In this document: positions 51,035 through 62,956 of the stretch, one piece after another
Layout: every line of letters begins with the position of its first letter
How positions within the stretch are numbered: the stretch's first letter is position 1
DNA from: a virus
Taxonomy: Duplodnaviria; Caudoviricetes
IMG/VR virus record: IMGVR_UViG_3300021426_000070
Span: 1-64,000 of that record
Direction: 5' to 3' (one strand)
Length of the DNA stretch: 64,000 nt
Position numbers and translations under genes: made by a program
The notes under the pieces: generated by a model
Databases searched by the model: none
Told to the model about the DNA's origin: nothing
What the model saw: only the letters and a program-made list of their open reading frames with translations

Positions 51035-51700
51035 TTATTTAATCTTTCTACGGGTAAAAGTCATGCCATTATCCTTTGCGAACTTCTTGATGACAGAGAA
51101 TTGTATGCCTACATTGGCTCTGTCGCTTATCTCTTGCGCCCTCTGCCTTGTCAAATTTCCTTGTCTCTTTGCATTTGCAGCCGTACTAAACGCATAAGCG
51201 TTCATTCTGCTCGAATAGGTCGCATCAAGCATATTGAGCTCAGAGAATATCTTCTGCTTGTCCCCCCAACCGCCTTTCGGTCTGCGGATAGAGTATGTAT
51301 AGGTCGGTGTTACGGCTCTCACTTCTTTTTGGTCGTACTTCACAGCGTTCCTAATATCTTGTGGTGAGAATGGTACGCCTATTCTACCCGCCATCGTGCC
51401 ATGGAGTCCAGAATTTGCACCCTCTGTCGGATGGTTGTGTGTAAGGATAGCGTCCTTTGTCTTAGCCAAATCACGAATTAAGAACTTAGCACTACTAGCA
51501 TTTCCGCTTACCGACTCTGCGATAATCTCACCATTAGACCCCACAACATACCCTTTTTCAGTCTTGCGGTTGCGTATCTTAGCCTCTAGTTGGCTCACCT
51601 TGAAAGCCTCTTGTCTGTTCATGCCGCTTTCGGTATCGTGAAGATAGCTTCTATCTGTCTTACGTGCCGCCCTTCCTATCGTCTGTATTCCTTCACCCAT
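51035..51700 (-). CDS. JAB/MPN-like domain late protein
   Basis: E(KGYVV)...THNHP...FSPQD metal-binding pattern; late-type promoter at 51734-51806. Confidence 0.55.
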   Translation of the reverse strand: MGEGIQTIGRAARKTDRSYLHDTESGMNRQEAFKVSQLEAKIRNRKTEKGYVVGSNGEIIAESVSGNASSAKFLIRDLAKTKDAILTHNHPTEGANSGLHGTMAGRIGVPFSPQDIRNAVKYDQKEVRAVTPTYTYSIRRPKGGWGDKQKIFSELNMLDATYSSRMNAYAFSTAANAKRQGNLTRQRAQEISDRANVGIQFSVIKKFAKDNGMTFTRRKIK

Positions 51701-51805
51701 ATCTTAACCAATACTTTTAAATTAAACTTTTTGCAAAGATAAACAAAAATCCCCCGTAATCCACATGGAAACGAGGGATAATCCGTTACATAACAAAAAG
51801 TGTGT

Positions 51806-52006
51806 CTATTTTGCCTTTTTTATAGCCGTAGAAAGCATTTCTACCTCTCGTACGATACCTTGTGCTATCAGCTCTCTGTTCTTGCCGTACGGCTTTGATT
51901 TGCCCGTCTTGTACTTTCTCATCAATGACGGGGTAATGCCTATCCTTTCCGCAAACGCTGATGCATTGATATAAGGGAAAGACTCGAAAAACTCTTTTAT
52001 ATCCAT
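51806..52006 (-). CDS. Small HTH protein (antitoxin-like)
   Basis: INASAFAERIGITPSLMRKYKTG. Confidence 0.6.
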   Translation of the reverse strand: MDIKEFFESFPYINASAFAERIGITPSLMRKYKTGKSKPYGKNRELIAQGIVREVEMLSTAIKKAK

Positions 52007-52283
52007 TTCTCTTTCCTTTCTTTAAATCGTTTCAACACTTCTTGACACCAATCTTTATCTGTAAATCTCTTCGTCTTTCCTTGTTCCAAGTTCTCTGCCC
52101 AAAAATCAAGGAAAGCATTTAATATTATTTCCACATCTTCCAAAGTCAGCTCCAAGTCTTTCTCTGCTTGATGGTAGCCTTCGATATATTCTGCGCAAAC
52201 ACCTTTAAGGTGCTTTTCTATCCATTCTTTGCTTGCACCCTCATGCACGGGGAATCTCTCTAATGCTCTTTCTGTGGCTTTAT

Positions 52284-52490
52284 TCATCTTCTTTTTCTTT
52301 TACGTTTATTCAATAATTCAATACCATAATTCTTTGGTGTCCTTTTTTGGCTGCAGCATGCGGCGTACACATCAGCACCAAACGATTTTGCTTCTACACC
52401 GTATTGCTCTTTGAGTACTTTCGCTATATCTTGCAGCTCTTTCATATCAGTCTCCAATAACGTTTCCGCTATCTTTCTTATATCAGCCAT
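52284..52490 (-). CDS. Ribosomal protein bL12 N-terminal-domain-like protein
   Basis: MADIRKIAETLLETDMKELQDIAKVLKEQYGVE parallels the Bacteroidales bL12 N-terminus; hinge and CTD absent. Confidence 0.65.
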   Translation of the reverse strand: MADIRKIAETLLETDMKELQDIAKVLKEQYGVEAKSFGADVYAACCSQKRTPKNYGIELLNKRKRKRR

Positions 52491-52498
52491 ATAACATA

Positions 52499-55400
52499 TT
52501 ATTCTCCTTTATGTGATTTTATATATTCTAATAACTCTTGACCAGCTTTATCAAACTTCTCTTTCTCTTCTTTGCTTAGTGGCTTGTAAACCATCTTAAT
52601 TTTATACGTATCATCCACCTCTATCACTTCAAGATTGTTGATGAAATGTTTTAATATACCAAGATAAGTTGCAGCACCTAAATTGAATTCATTACTATTT
52701 TTGTAATTCCGATTCTCCAATCTTTCTATCTCAGCCAATAAAGCATCTTTGCTAATATAATTTGCCATAATCTATTTATTTTGTTGTTGTCTCACAATAA
52801 CCTCTTACGCCCTCGATGTAGTCGCTACCTACGGCAGAGAACCGCATACCACGCTCAAAGAAATGTGTGGCAATACCATTAAATGTATCGAACGGAATAT
52901 CATTACCCGCATTATGGATAGTTTTCCATCCATCTACTATTTCTTTTTCCAAGTCCACCCCTTTCACTTCAAGGGTGTCTATGAAAGAGAGAATGTTTAA
53001 ATCCTCTTCAACCATACCAAAATACTGAGGTAGCGTCTGCTTTCCACTATTCTCATCCATTCTTCCTTTTATCCACGCTACTAAAACGTCTTTATCTATA
53101 TACTTTCCCATAATCTATTCTCCTTTCTTTTATTTAAGTAATGGTTGAAATATCCAATACATTATTAATCCTACTATACTGATAATAAGACACATTCCAT
53201 CTAAAAACAAAGTAAACTTAGTAATTTCAAGCATTTTAACATTACGGAAATATCGCCAAGACAAATTACTTTTCTTATATCTATACCATTCAATAAAGAA
53301 AAGTATTATATGTAGCACAAGCCACACGATACTAAATCTAAATAGTACACTTTCCATAACTTACTCTCCTTTCTGTGCTTTAAGCCCAAGTTCGAAGAAA
53401 TGTTCTGCAAACTTGATTATCTCATCACCACCTTTTAATGTAAGGTTACAATATTTCCAATTAGGTTCTAAAGCCAATCTTTTTCTACCATCATGTGTAT
53501 AAATGTAGGCATCAATGGCTTTCTCCAAGTCCACCTCTTTCACCTCAAGGGTGTCGAGCAATTCAATCACTTCATTATATGCTTCTACCTTATATTTAGC
53601 CTCTGTAGAACTTCCATAACTCCATTCATTTTTTCTTTTCTCTATTTTCGCTAATAAAGCGTCTAATTCAATGTATCGTGCCATAACTATTGTTTCTTAA
53701 AATTCGACATACCTTTGTGTGATTTCTCAAACTCTTCTTGTAGCATTGCTAGACGAAATAACTCTCTAAAACCGAGATTACCATATTGTTCTTTATAGTT
53801 TATCTGCAAATCTTTTAGCTTGTCTTCAAATAATATACAATCACTTGCTTTAGTGAGGTCTATACCATTAGCGTACATCGACAATGCTTGAATATCATTC
53901 CAAGGCAACCATACCTCGTGACTAAGATAGTAATCAGTAGCTTCTTTGTATTTGCCGTTGTTTAACAGAGTTACCATTTCAATTTTATCATTCCATTCCA
54001 TACCTTACTCTCCTTTCTTTTCTTTAAGCCCAAGATTTTCCATTCTATATTTCTCATCATGGGTTAATTTAAATAGCCCAACGCTATGCAACTCTTTAAT
54101 TGCTTTTCTCAGCCTTGCGGCAACCATTGGCTTATTATGCGCAAGATTACTTGTGTGGGTGAAATCAAGGTACTCGTATGCCTCTGCCATATTCTCGCTA
54201 ATACTACTTACGTCCACCTCTTTTGCCTCGAGTGTGTCAAGGTGTTCTAATAATTGTTTATAGCAAACCTTTCTTACCATGCTTGCGTTCTCACACAAAT
54301 AAGTTTCCTTTGCCCACGCTAATAAAGCGTCTTTGTCTATCAAATGTGCCATAATCTCACTTTTTTATGTACTTTTCTATATACCGACAAATCATATCCC
54401 AATCGCCCATATCAAATGCAACGTTTATGTTTTTACACTCACCATTTGATAGACACATCTTACCTTGTGGTCGATTGTTATCAAGATAAGCCATCAGTGC
54501 CATAGCAAGTACTCTTTTGATTCTGTTATAATCCTCATCACAACGGAAATACCTTACCATACCACGAATATTACCATCTTGTCCTATACCATATTCTTGT
54601 TTTCTGTAATTTTCTTGCAAGAATATCTTTTGTGGAGTTTTTGTTTTATCTGTCATCATATCATATACTTTTTAAATTCATTTGCTCTGCTTTGCCAAAC
54701 TACCCTCTTAATATTTCTAATAATTCTTCTGCTCGCTCTCTGTCACCAAATCCTTTGATGTCAACCCACTTGTCTGTAAAGAACCCCTCTTCGAGTTTCT
54801 GAACAAAGTAGCCGTCATAAGGAATACAGCCACCATTAACATAACACGGGTATCTGTGTTCAATTCTATACTTTGCCATACTTCACTTTATATAAATGAT
54901 TATTTCGTTTGGCTTATCAGAGCATATAACTCTGCCACATACTATTCCATTTACAAACTCTCTCTTAAAAGGGCTTTCCAACCAAGAACGGTCGAAAATA
55001 ATATCACCTTTTTGTGGGATTTCACCTTGCCAATTCTCCCACCTTCCAATCTCGTAGGATGTTCTAGTCTGAAATATAATTGTCATATCTTACTCTTCTG
55101 TCGTTGTTTTATAGAAATCGTTGATAGTCACTTCGAGGTTGCGATATTTCAAGCCATCCATTGACTCTACCGCCTTTTTCTCTGCTTCTTTCTTTATGTC
55201 CTTTTTGTGGCAGTAAAAACGCTCTGCTTCAATATCTCTGTCTGAAATCCATTCGCCGCTCTCTTCCTCAAGCCACTCGTAAGTCCACGAATAACTTACC
55301 CACCAAGCATAATCACGTCCTACTTTCATACTCTACTCTCCTTTCATATACTTTCCCATGTTCTCCACAAAACTCTCAATATCTCCACATTCAATACAAC

Positions 55401-55821
55401 CTTCATTAAGTTGCTTGTATATGTATTCTTTTGCCATTTCTATAATGGTGTCGGTGCGAGCGTACTCTGTAAGTCCGCTTTTGTTAGGCTTGCCGAAATA
55501 TACACTTTTCGTGTCAAGCCATATCTTATTCGGTAATTCTTTTTTCTCCATATCTTACTCTCCTTTCATGTACTTTTTAAATTCATCAACATTGATAGTG
55601 TATTCGCCACAACCTAGAGTTGCTCTTGCGCCGTGTTTCAAGACTTGCTTTTGATTGTAATTATACAAGAACTGTGCTGCCTTTTTAATAAAGGCATCAG
55701 TTCTAACATATTCGATTGCACCCGTTCTATAAGGTGCTTCATACCAACAAATAGATAAATCATTAGGATTTTCGTCATTTGGTAGAATGTATATCTCCTC
55801 TGGTGCTTTTAATTCTTCCAT
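52499..55821 (-). other. Array of small paralogous ORFs (YIDKDALLA / LEVKEVD / KGE-stop families)
   Basis: Shared termini among 52499, 52776, 53361 and 54005, and between 55333 and 55555. Confidence 0.7.
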
Positions 55822-55832
55822 AATCTTATCTT

Positions 55833-56629
55833 TTAAAGTTCAATTTCTTTTTTGATACCACACATGCGCATAGCGTTTTGAAATTGATGAATGTATTTGC
55901 ATACGACAATAGTAACACCATTGCCCAAACCATCAAACATTGATATTTTTTGATATATACCTATTTTGTCAACGATTACTTCTATATGAAAGCCTTCTAT
56001 GTCTTGAACATAGGTCATATGCAACTCTCCATCAAATATAATTCTAAACCCATTCTTTTCAAGAATCTCGGGCGCAAGTGGGATAGGCTCTACATTACTT
56101 GCATTTACCCACACATCTTCTCTTTCGCCCCAACCCACTTCGTTACTACCGCCTTTATCGTAGAGCGATGTAACCTTTATAATCTGACCACGATAATTAA
56201 CGTAGTCCCCCATTTGAAGTTCTGTTACTCTCATAGTTCAATCTCTTTATTAATTCTACAAATACGCATAGCCTGTTGTAGCTCATGGACGAATTTGAAT
56301 TTCTTTTCCACGTTACATATCAAAGAGAACCCTTTCGATGTGTATAGAACCATACGAAAATCTTTGTACCACCAAGACTCACCATCACGGAGAAGCCCAT
56401 TCTTTTTGAGCACATCTGGTGTAAGCTGTATCGGCTCAAGATAATCGAGCCACACGCCGCCTTGCACATTATCGGTATCACCCAAAGCAACACACGTTGC
56501 GTACCCCTTTAATTCGTGAAACGTCCTATCAGCATCAATGCCACGTATCACGACAATCGTACCTTTTTTAAAACTCACGTCCTTGTTCACTCGGAAAAAG
56601 TCGCCCACCATCAACTCACTTGCAATCAT
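55833..56629 (-). other. Tandem paralogous CDS pair (55833-56234 and 56231-56629)
   Basis: EL..GD...EPI.L.P..L.KNG...H..Q.AMR.C.I.KEIEL. Confidence 0.65.
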
Positions 56630-57245
56630 AACTTTTTAAACTTTTCGTTCAAGAATTGGATATACCACGTTCTGTTCCGTGACCTTCTAAAGCTAACCTC
56701 AGCCAATATCATATCTCGCCGACAATAGGCAAGCCACTTCTTAGCTTCATCAAAGTCGAAAGACGCATACAACGCCTTTTCTTGCCTTAGCTTTTTGCGG
56801 TAGCCTACACGATAGAACAGCCTATCTTCAAAATCTATCACCACCAAGCCGTATATCTTGTTGGCACGTCTGCGGAGTTTCTTTAACAACCTTACTTTCA
56901 TAACTCTAACCTTTTAATTTCTTCAACTTTTGATATAATGAATCCAATACAGCATTTTTGCTCTCTTCGGCGGCTGCTGCAAGATACTCTATCTGCTCGT
57001 CACTCGGTTGGAGAGATTTAAGCAAACTATCAAAACTTTCATATCCTTCTGCATGAAGAAAATTGAGAAGTTCATCCTCTTCGTCATGCTTCCGCCTCTC
57101 TTCCAAATGTTCAGCCACAAAATCTGCATAGTTCTTAGCCACACCACGTATAGCTGCCCTTCCGTGAGAAACATTGCCACTTGTTAGTTTCTCACTTCTT
57201 TCCATAATGTCCTTAAACCATGAAAGACAAAGCTCTAAGACTTCT

Positions 57246-58280
57246 TTATCTGTTTTCATCATAGTTATATAACTTTAGCAATTGTTCTTTCAAATCCTTA
57301 AACAGATTGTAAAAATAATCGTTTTCTTTTGGACTTTCACTTGAAGCCATAAGATTTACCACATAGTTCAATGCGTGTATCTGCTCGTTAGTCGGCTTCC
57401 AAATGGTCTGAGGATAATATTTATCTCTTATGCTGCGTAACGCATCTGCCATATCTTCATTGTCAGTATTATCAAGATGACAAGCGATTGATTCTATTTC
57501 ATTATAGTCCTCGTCACTCCAAGGCTTTGGCTCAACAAGTTCCCATCCATCTTGGTCTTGAATATCAAAGTTTGTAGTATCGCCATAATAGCAAGTATTA
57601 TCAATACTCTCTATGGTGCATTCAAACCCATCAATAATTGATTTCACTTTATCACCAACCTTAAACTTTGGCTCAACCTCAGTAGGCTTCTGTACTAAAC
57701 GAAGATAAGGATTGTCAAAAGAGAAGTGAATAACAGCTTTATCTCCCATTTTTTCCTTACCTCGATACTCACATATATAGCATTCTTTATCCATATATAC
57801 AATCTCGTAGATAGGCTCTCCTTTATAATTTGTGTTCTTTACATAGTCACCAATTTTGTACTTGGGTATATATTTATGCTCACCTTGAACTTCAGTAGGC
57901 TTTGCCACCCTTTTAAGCTGTGACAGATTGATAAGTACACCATCTTCATTGCGTGTCACCTCGTCACCAATTTGGATAGAGTCACGGAACTTTTTGTGCG
58001 CACCTTGCGTTTCAAGCCATGCAATATATTCTTGTTTAAAGCCACCACGACTTTTGACAAATTCAATAAGTTCTTTCCTAATTCTCTCGTCCTTGCTCTC
58101 TTCTTTTGGCAAATTCCTCAGTTCTTCGATTGGCAAATAATAAGCATCTTTAGCTACAATTACCCCAGCGTTTGAACCTACTTTTGGTGGAATAGTGCCG
58201 TCATTTCTCATCAAGAGTGCATCACAAGGTAATTCCTCTCCCTTTGCTATTCTTCTCCATTGTATTTTATTTGTTTCCAT
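57246..58280 (-). CDS. Modular WSDED-repeat hypothetical protein
   Basis: ESKDERIRKELI, PKFKVGD, WSDED and WKPTNEQI modules. Confidence 0.6.
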   Translation of the reverse strand: METNKIQWRRIAKGEELPCDALLMRNDGTIPPKVGSNAGVIVAKDAYYLPIEELRNLPKEESKDERIRKELIEFVKSRGGFKQEYIAWLETQGAHKKFRDSIQIGDEVTRNEDGVLINLSQLKRVAKPTEVQGEHKYIPKYKIGDYVKNTNYKGEPIYEIVYMDKECYICEYRGKEKMGDKAVIHFSFDNPYLRLVQKPTEVEPKFKVGDKVKSIIDGFECTIESIDNTCYYGDTTNFDIQDQDGWELVEPKPWSDEDYNEIESIACHLDNTDNEDMADALRSIRDKYYPQTIWKPTNEQIHALNYVVNLMASSESPKENDYFYNLFKDLKEQLLKLYNYDENR

Positions 58281-58283
58281 AAC

Positions 58284-58994
58284 TTACTCCTCCCTTAGTT
58301 TCTTTAATTGCTTTTCTAATTCTACAAGTATCTCTGACAATGTTGGGTGCTCGTCAAAATCATCAACGACAAAAGACCTTGCAAGTCTTACTGCCTTAAT
58401 CTGCTCATCACTCGGCTTCCATCTATTCTGAGGTCTGAGGGATTTGAGCTTATTTTTGAGCCATTTGATTTCATCTTCTATCCTGTCAGGTATATACTCA
58501 TTCCAAGGATTCACGAGGTCTTTAATTATATCACTAAGGAACTTTTCATCCTCTTCACTCCAAGGCTTCTGCTCATAGAGTTTCTTAACGGCACTGATAG
58601 CGCATTCGTGCTCTAAAATGCCGTCATCAGTCTGATAGCCATCAACCTTGCCACGAGTTCTTTCCAAAATGGAAATAGCATGCCACAGTCCGTCAATACC
58701 ATAGTCTTCACCATTAGGTAAATCAGTAGGCTTCTTCTCACCTTGCTTTTCAATCCAAGCAAGTAGTTTTTCTTCACTTATTTCTTGTCCTTGATACTTT
58801 ATGCCATACTTATCACAAGCACATTTTACTATATGTATAAGCGTTTTTCTTATCTTCTCGCTCTCATCTATTTTGAGTTCTGGAGCTACAGCATCAAGTA
58901 CAGAGTTAAAAGTATATACCCCTTTCTCTTCTCTTGCCTTATTTAGCCTTTTAACGAGGTCTTTGTATTTCTCTTCGTAAGTTTCCATAATCAC
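58284..58994 (-). CDS. Modular WSEEDE-repeat hypothetical protein
   Basis: Contains repeat copy 58428-58562. Confidence 0.6.
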   Translation of the reverse strand: MIMETYEEKYKDLVKRLNKAREEKGVYTFNSVLDAVAPELKIDESEKIRKTLIHIVKCACDKYGIKYQGQEISEEKLLAWIEKQGEKKPTDLPNGEDYGIDGLWHAISILERTRGKVDGYQTDDGILEHECAISAVKKLYEQKPWSEEDEKFLSDIIKDLVNPWNEYIPDRIEDEIKWLKNKLKSLRPQNRWKPSDEQIKAVRLARSFVVDDFDEHPTLSEILVELEKQLKKLREE

Positions 58995-59019
58995 GATTAT
59001 TTTAATTTACCAACTAACT

Positions 59020-60084
59020 TTAGCTTTGCACTCTGTTTTTGAGTTCTTTGAGCCAATTTGCACATTCTTTAGCACCGCTATCTTGAACCATGCAATTCTC
59101 ACAGAATGTAATAAGTCGGTTTATATAACACTCATCCTCGTCACTCCACTCTTTTGTGGTTGTACGATTTGCTTCACTACCAATACGGGATTTGAGCCAA
59201 TTAATGACTTCTTTTGCTGTTGTGTGGCATACATATTCTAATCGCCCTCTATCAAGCGCATTAGTGATTGTATTTAACATTTTCTCGTCCTCGTCACTCA
59301 ATGGCTTATTCTCACCTTTCTTGATAACAACCTTGTTACCATCTATTTCAGCGTGGAAGCCGTTGTGGATAAAATATGTTTCCTCTTGCAATTCGCTATC
59401 CTTTGCGCCAAAGGCAATTTCGGCATCAAGCCCAACATCATTAAGATGCTTGAGTTCTGCCCAATCCTTTTCCCTCTGCTCTTTCGGAGTGTTGGCAAAA
59501 TAATCCTTCAGTATAGCCACGAGGTCTATATGCTTCTGCTCACTCATTTTTTCGATTATTTCATCAATATCATTAAGAGAAAACATTTTTGTAGTTTCAT
59601 CAGAATAATTAGGCTCATGTCTGTTACCACTTGCCTGCTGATATACCTCTAAACGCATATTTTTCCATGTTTCAACAATGTTCTTATTAGGCTTCTGCTC
59701 ACCTTGCTTTTCGCGCCAATAAAGTTCATGCACTCTATCGTGTAAACTTTCAAGCTGCTCATACAAATCCTTATCTTTTTGCAAATTCTTTGCTGCTACC
59801 ATTGCAAATTGTAATGCAAGAACATCGTCAAATGTAAACTTAGGTAGGCTAATATTTTCGCCTTGCTTTTCAAGCCATTCAATACATTTGTTCACAGCAT
59901 TAGGTGTTTCATAAAAGCCTTTATCTCTTGCTATCTGTAAAAGTGAGATTGTACTTTTTCTCAACTTCTCGTCCTCGCTGCCTCCAAGCTCGGGGAAATA
60001 CTTTGCGGCTTGCTCTACTGAGATAACACCATCAGTAAGCATAAGCCTTACAATACCTATTGCGTTCAAATCTTTGTAATCCAT
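59020..60084 (-). CDS. Modular WSDEDE-repeat hypothetical protein
   Basis: KQGE.KP and TTTKEWSDEDE modules. Confidence 0.6.
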   Translation of the reverse strand: MDYKDLNAIGIVRLMLTDGVISVEQAAKYFPELGGSEDEKLRKSTISLLQIARDKGFYETPNAVNKCIEWLEKQGENISLPKFTFDDVLALQFAMVAAKNLQKDKDLYEQLESLHDRVHELYWREKQGEQKPNKNIVETWKNMRLEVYQQASGNRHEPNYSDETTKMFSLNDIDEIIEKMSEQKHIDLVAILKDYFANTPKEQREKDWAELKHLNDVGLDAEIAFGAKDSELQEETYFIHNGFHAEIDGNKVVIKKGENKPLSDEDEKMLNTITNALDRGRLEYVCHTTAKEVINWLKSRIGSEANRTTTKEWSDEDECYINRLITFCENCMVQDSGAKECANWLKELKNRVQS

Positions 60085-60107
60085 ATCTGTATTCTTTTTG
60101 TTATTAT

Positions 60108-60695
60108 TTAAATCATTTCACCACCGCCATAGAAAAAAGACTTCATATCATCATAATCTTCTGCATAGCGTGTATTTTTGTTCTTATTTCGTGATTTTTT
60201 TCTTGTTTCACGGAAGATTTTTCTCTCTTCGTCAGTCATCTTGAAATTCGTCTCTCTCTCAGCCCACGCTATATATGAAGGGTCTTTTTCGCATATCTCA
60301 ATCACATATTTGCCTTTGTACTTGCCATAGTCGAATTTTCTTTTAGTGGCTGTATTTGGGCGAAAATCGCCATCAATAAAGTTTTTATTCAGCTCGATAA
60401 TCTCAGCCAAAGATACACATACGTTAGTAACGAATCCGTCTTTGATAAAGACTAGCGTAAATTGGTTATCACTAAATTTAGCTTTGGTTATATCATTAAA
60501 GCTGAAATAGCTGGCTGTTTGTGTTTCGATTATGTTTGTTTTCTTCAAACACTTCAACAAATCCTTCACATCAACGTTTATCGAAAATGAATTATATTCA
60601 TCCCCAGACACAAATTCAGAATTACACTGAACATCATTGATGTTTTTGGAAATATAATTTTTAACCAACTCTATTAACTGCGTATTTTTTTTCAT
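60108..60695 (-). CDS. Hypothetical protein with C-terminal YGKYKG...DPSYIAW motif
   Basis: Same motif family as 12763-13233. Confidence 0.5.
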   Translation of the reverse strand: MKKNTQLIELVKNYISKNINDVQCNSEFVSGDEYNSFSINVDVKDLLKCLKKTNIIETQTASYFSFNDITKAKFSDNQFTLVFIKDGFVTNVCVSLAEIIELNKNFIDGDFRPNTATKRKFDYGKYKGKYVIEICEKDPSYIAWAERETNFKMTDEERKIFRETRKKSRNKNKNTRYAEDYDDMKSFFYGGGEMI

Positions 60696-62215
60696 ATTGA
60701 CTTGTCTTTTTACTCACTTTTCAATCTTTTCAACTCAGCCTCGAGGAAATCAATCGTCTTCTGACGTGCATCCTCGATAAACGTAGATAACGTATTTACG
60801 TCTAATGTCGCTTCTAACATCACTGCAGACCTCGATGTTGTCATTGCTCTCAGCGCATTCATCAATTGTGCTTGCACCACAGAAAGATAGCCGACAACGA
60901 TAGAATTGATAGCCGCCACAGCCGTTTCCAAGTCCTCAAAGTGTGCCTCTTGCCACATTTCTTTCTTCTCTGACGTAACGATACGCCTTACGACCTTGCC
61001 AACGGAAGAGTCAAAATTCGTTTTCACTTGTATCTCGCACAGATAGTTGCCATACACGTCAGACAATGTGTATTTCTCACCACGAAATGCACATCTATCA
61101 TGCTTAAAGCCTAATGATGTCAGATAGTCGTATGCAGCACATTCTATATTATAATTCTTTCTATGTGAGGGGTCGTACACGTCAGCCGCAAACGGCAGTG
61201 TGGCATTGTACTTATCCATAGCCTCAATCAAAGCCTCTTTGCTCTCGTAACGCTCATCACGGAACACGTACTTATTGCCCTCGTTTGATAAGTAGAACTT
61301 ACCGATATACATTGCGTTCGCCCTCTTACACTCACGCTTGTAATCGTAGAGTAGATACCCGCCATCCCAAGGAATGATAAGATACTGCTCACCGAAAGCC
61401 TTTATCATCGGGTGCTTTATTGTTGCTGCAAAAGCCTCACCCTCATCTTTTCTAGGGCGTCCTCTCTGTGCCATAATCTCTTTTCTTTTTATTTATTAAC
61501 ACCTACTTATCTAAATCAACAACCTTTGAAGCGCAATAATGCTTGAAGAAAAAGTCTGTATGTATGAACCGCCCCATTATGATAGGCTCACCACTATACG
61601 ACCAATCCATATAACAAAGCGTATCGCCGCTCTCAGTCTCTACAATAGCAAACACATTGATTAGCATGCCATCGCTTTTATCTAAAAGCTTCTGTAAGTC
61701 CTTTGACACGTAAATCTTCTTGCTGTCTTCTGCTTTAAAGACAAACGACTTTGCTCTCTCTTTATCCATAACTCTTGTACAGTTTTTAACGTGTGTCTCA
61801 CGCTCTAAATAAATTTGACGATGCAAAGATAAGTAAATTATCCTACACCGCCAAACAAAACAGCAACAAAAATGTATTTGTTTACACTATTTAACCTTTC
61901 ACCACAACCGCTTAACAAAATTACACATTCTATGCGATTTGGTGGGCTTCTTACATATCGTCCAAGTCTTGCTCCAACTTCTTTTTCCTCGTCTCCAATG
62001 ACTGAGTGCGTAACTTGATAGCGTTCATAATGCTTTCATGTACCAATCCAGCAAGGTTGCAGCTATTTTTCATGACATAGACAATACGCTCCGCATATTC
62101 AACACTGTTAGGCTTCTTACTTATTTCACCAAGATGGTTCTTAAAGTCTTGCAGTTCCGCAATCTCTTTGTTTGTCTTTTCAAGACTTTCAATAAGTTTC
62201 TTAACTTCGATAGCT

Positions 62216-62956
62216 TTACTTATTTTCATTTTCTTTATCTTTTTTATAGTGATACTCTAATAATACTCTCTGACACAAGGGAAACGTCTGATATATCTTC
62301 TGTAAGTCTTGCGGATAATTGGTCTCAAGCCATAGTAGGCAATCGACATTAAAGCCTATGCCGTTGGATGCCTTTCCGACCTTTGCCCCGTCTCCGCTAG
62401 TAGCAAGCGAATACATAACGGGTTCGGGGAGATTATGCATCTTCATATAGCTGAGTATTTGCTTTTGCGAAAACTCCGCACACGGGTAGGCTTGATAGTT
62501 ATCTGTGTAATGGTTCTCCTTAAAGCGGGTAATCATAAGGTTGCGGTTCATGCCGTCAGCCTTCTTCATGCCTAGGAACACCCATTGCGTGTTGTATTTC
62601 AGCCGCAGAGCCTTGATGACATCAGCAAGCTTCAGCAACTTTTGGTTTGGGTGTGGCGTACAATACAATCCGCTTCTTAGTATATACGTCAGATTCCAAT
62701 GCGGCACTTCCAAGAACTCCACATTCGGGTATTTGGCTTTCACCCAATTTATCCATCTGTCTATATGCTCTAAGCCTTGAACGAAATACAAAAACACACA
62801 TATCACCTTCTTGAACCTCGGATATATTAAATCTAACGTTACTATAGAATCCTTTCCGAGCGAACACATGAGGATGCACGTATCAGTCTGACTAGCCACG
62901 TAGTCGATACAATCATTAGCCGCTATCAGCGGATTACTTCTTATCTTCTTTGCCAT
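62216..62956 (-). CDS. PAPS-reductase-like PP-loop protein
   Basis: SLGKDS PP-loop; GMKKADGMNR; YP..EFS. Confidence 0.8.
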   Translation of the reverse strand: MAKKIRSNPLIAANDCIDYVASQTDTCILMCSLGKDSIVTLDLIYPRFKKVICVFLYFVQGLEHIDRWINWVKAKYPNVEFLEVPHWNLTYILRSGLYCTPHPNQKLLKLADVIKALRLKYNTQWVFLGMKKADGMNRNLMITRFKENHYTDNYQAYPCAEFSQKQILSYMKMHNLPEPVMYSLATSGDGAKVGKASNGIGFNVDCLLWLETNYPQDLQKIYQTFPLCQRVLLEYHYKKDKENENK

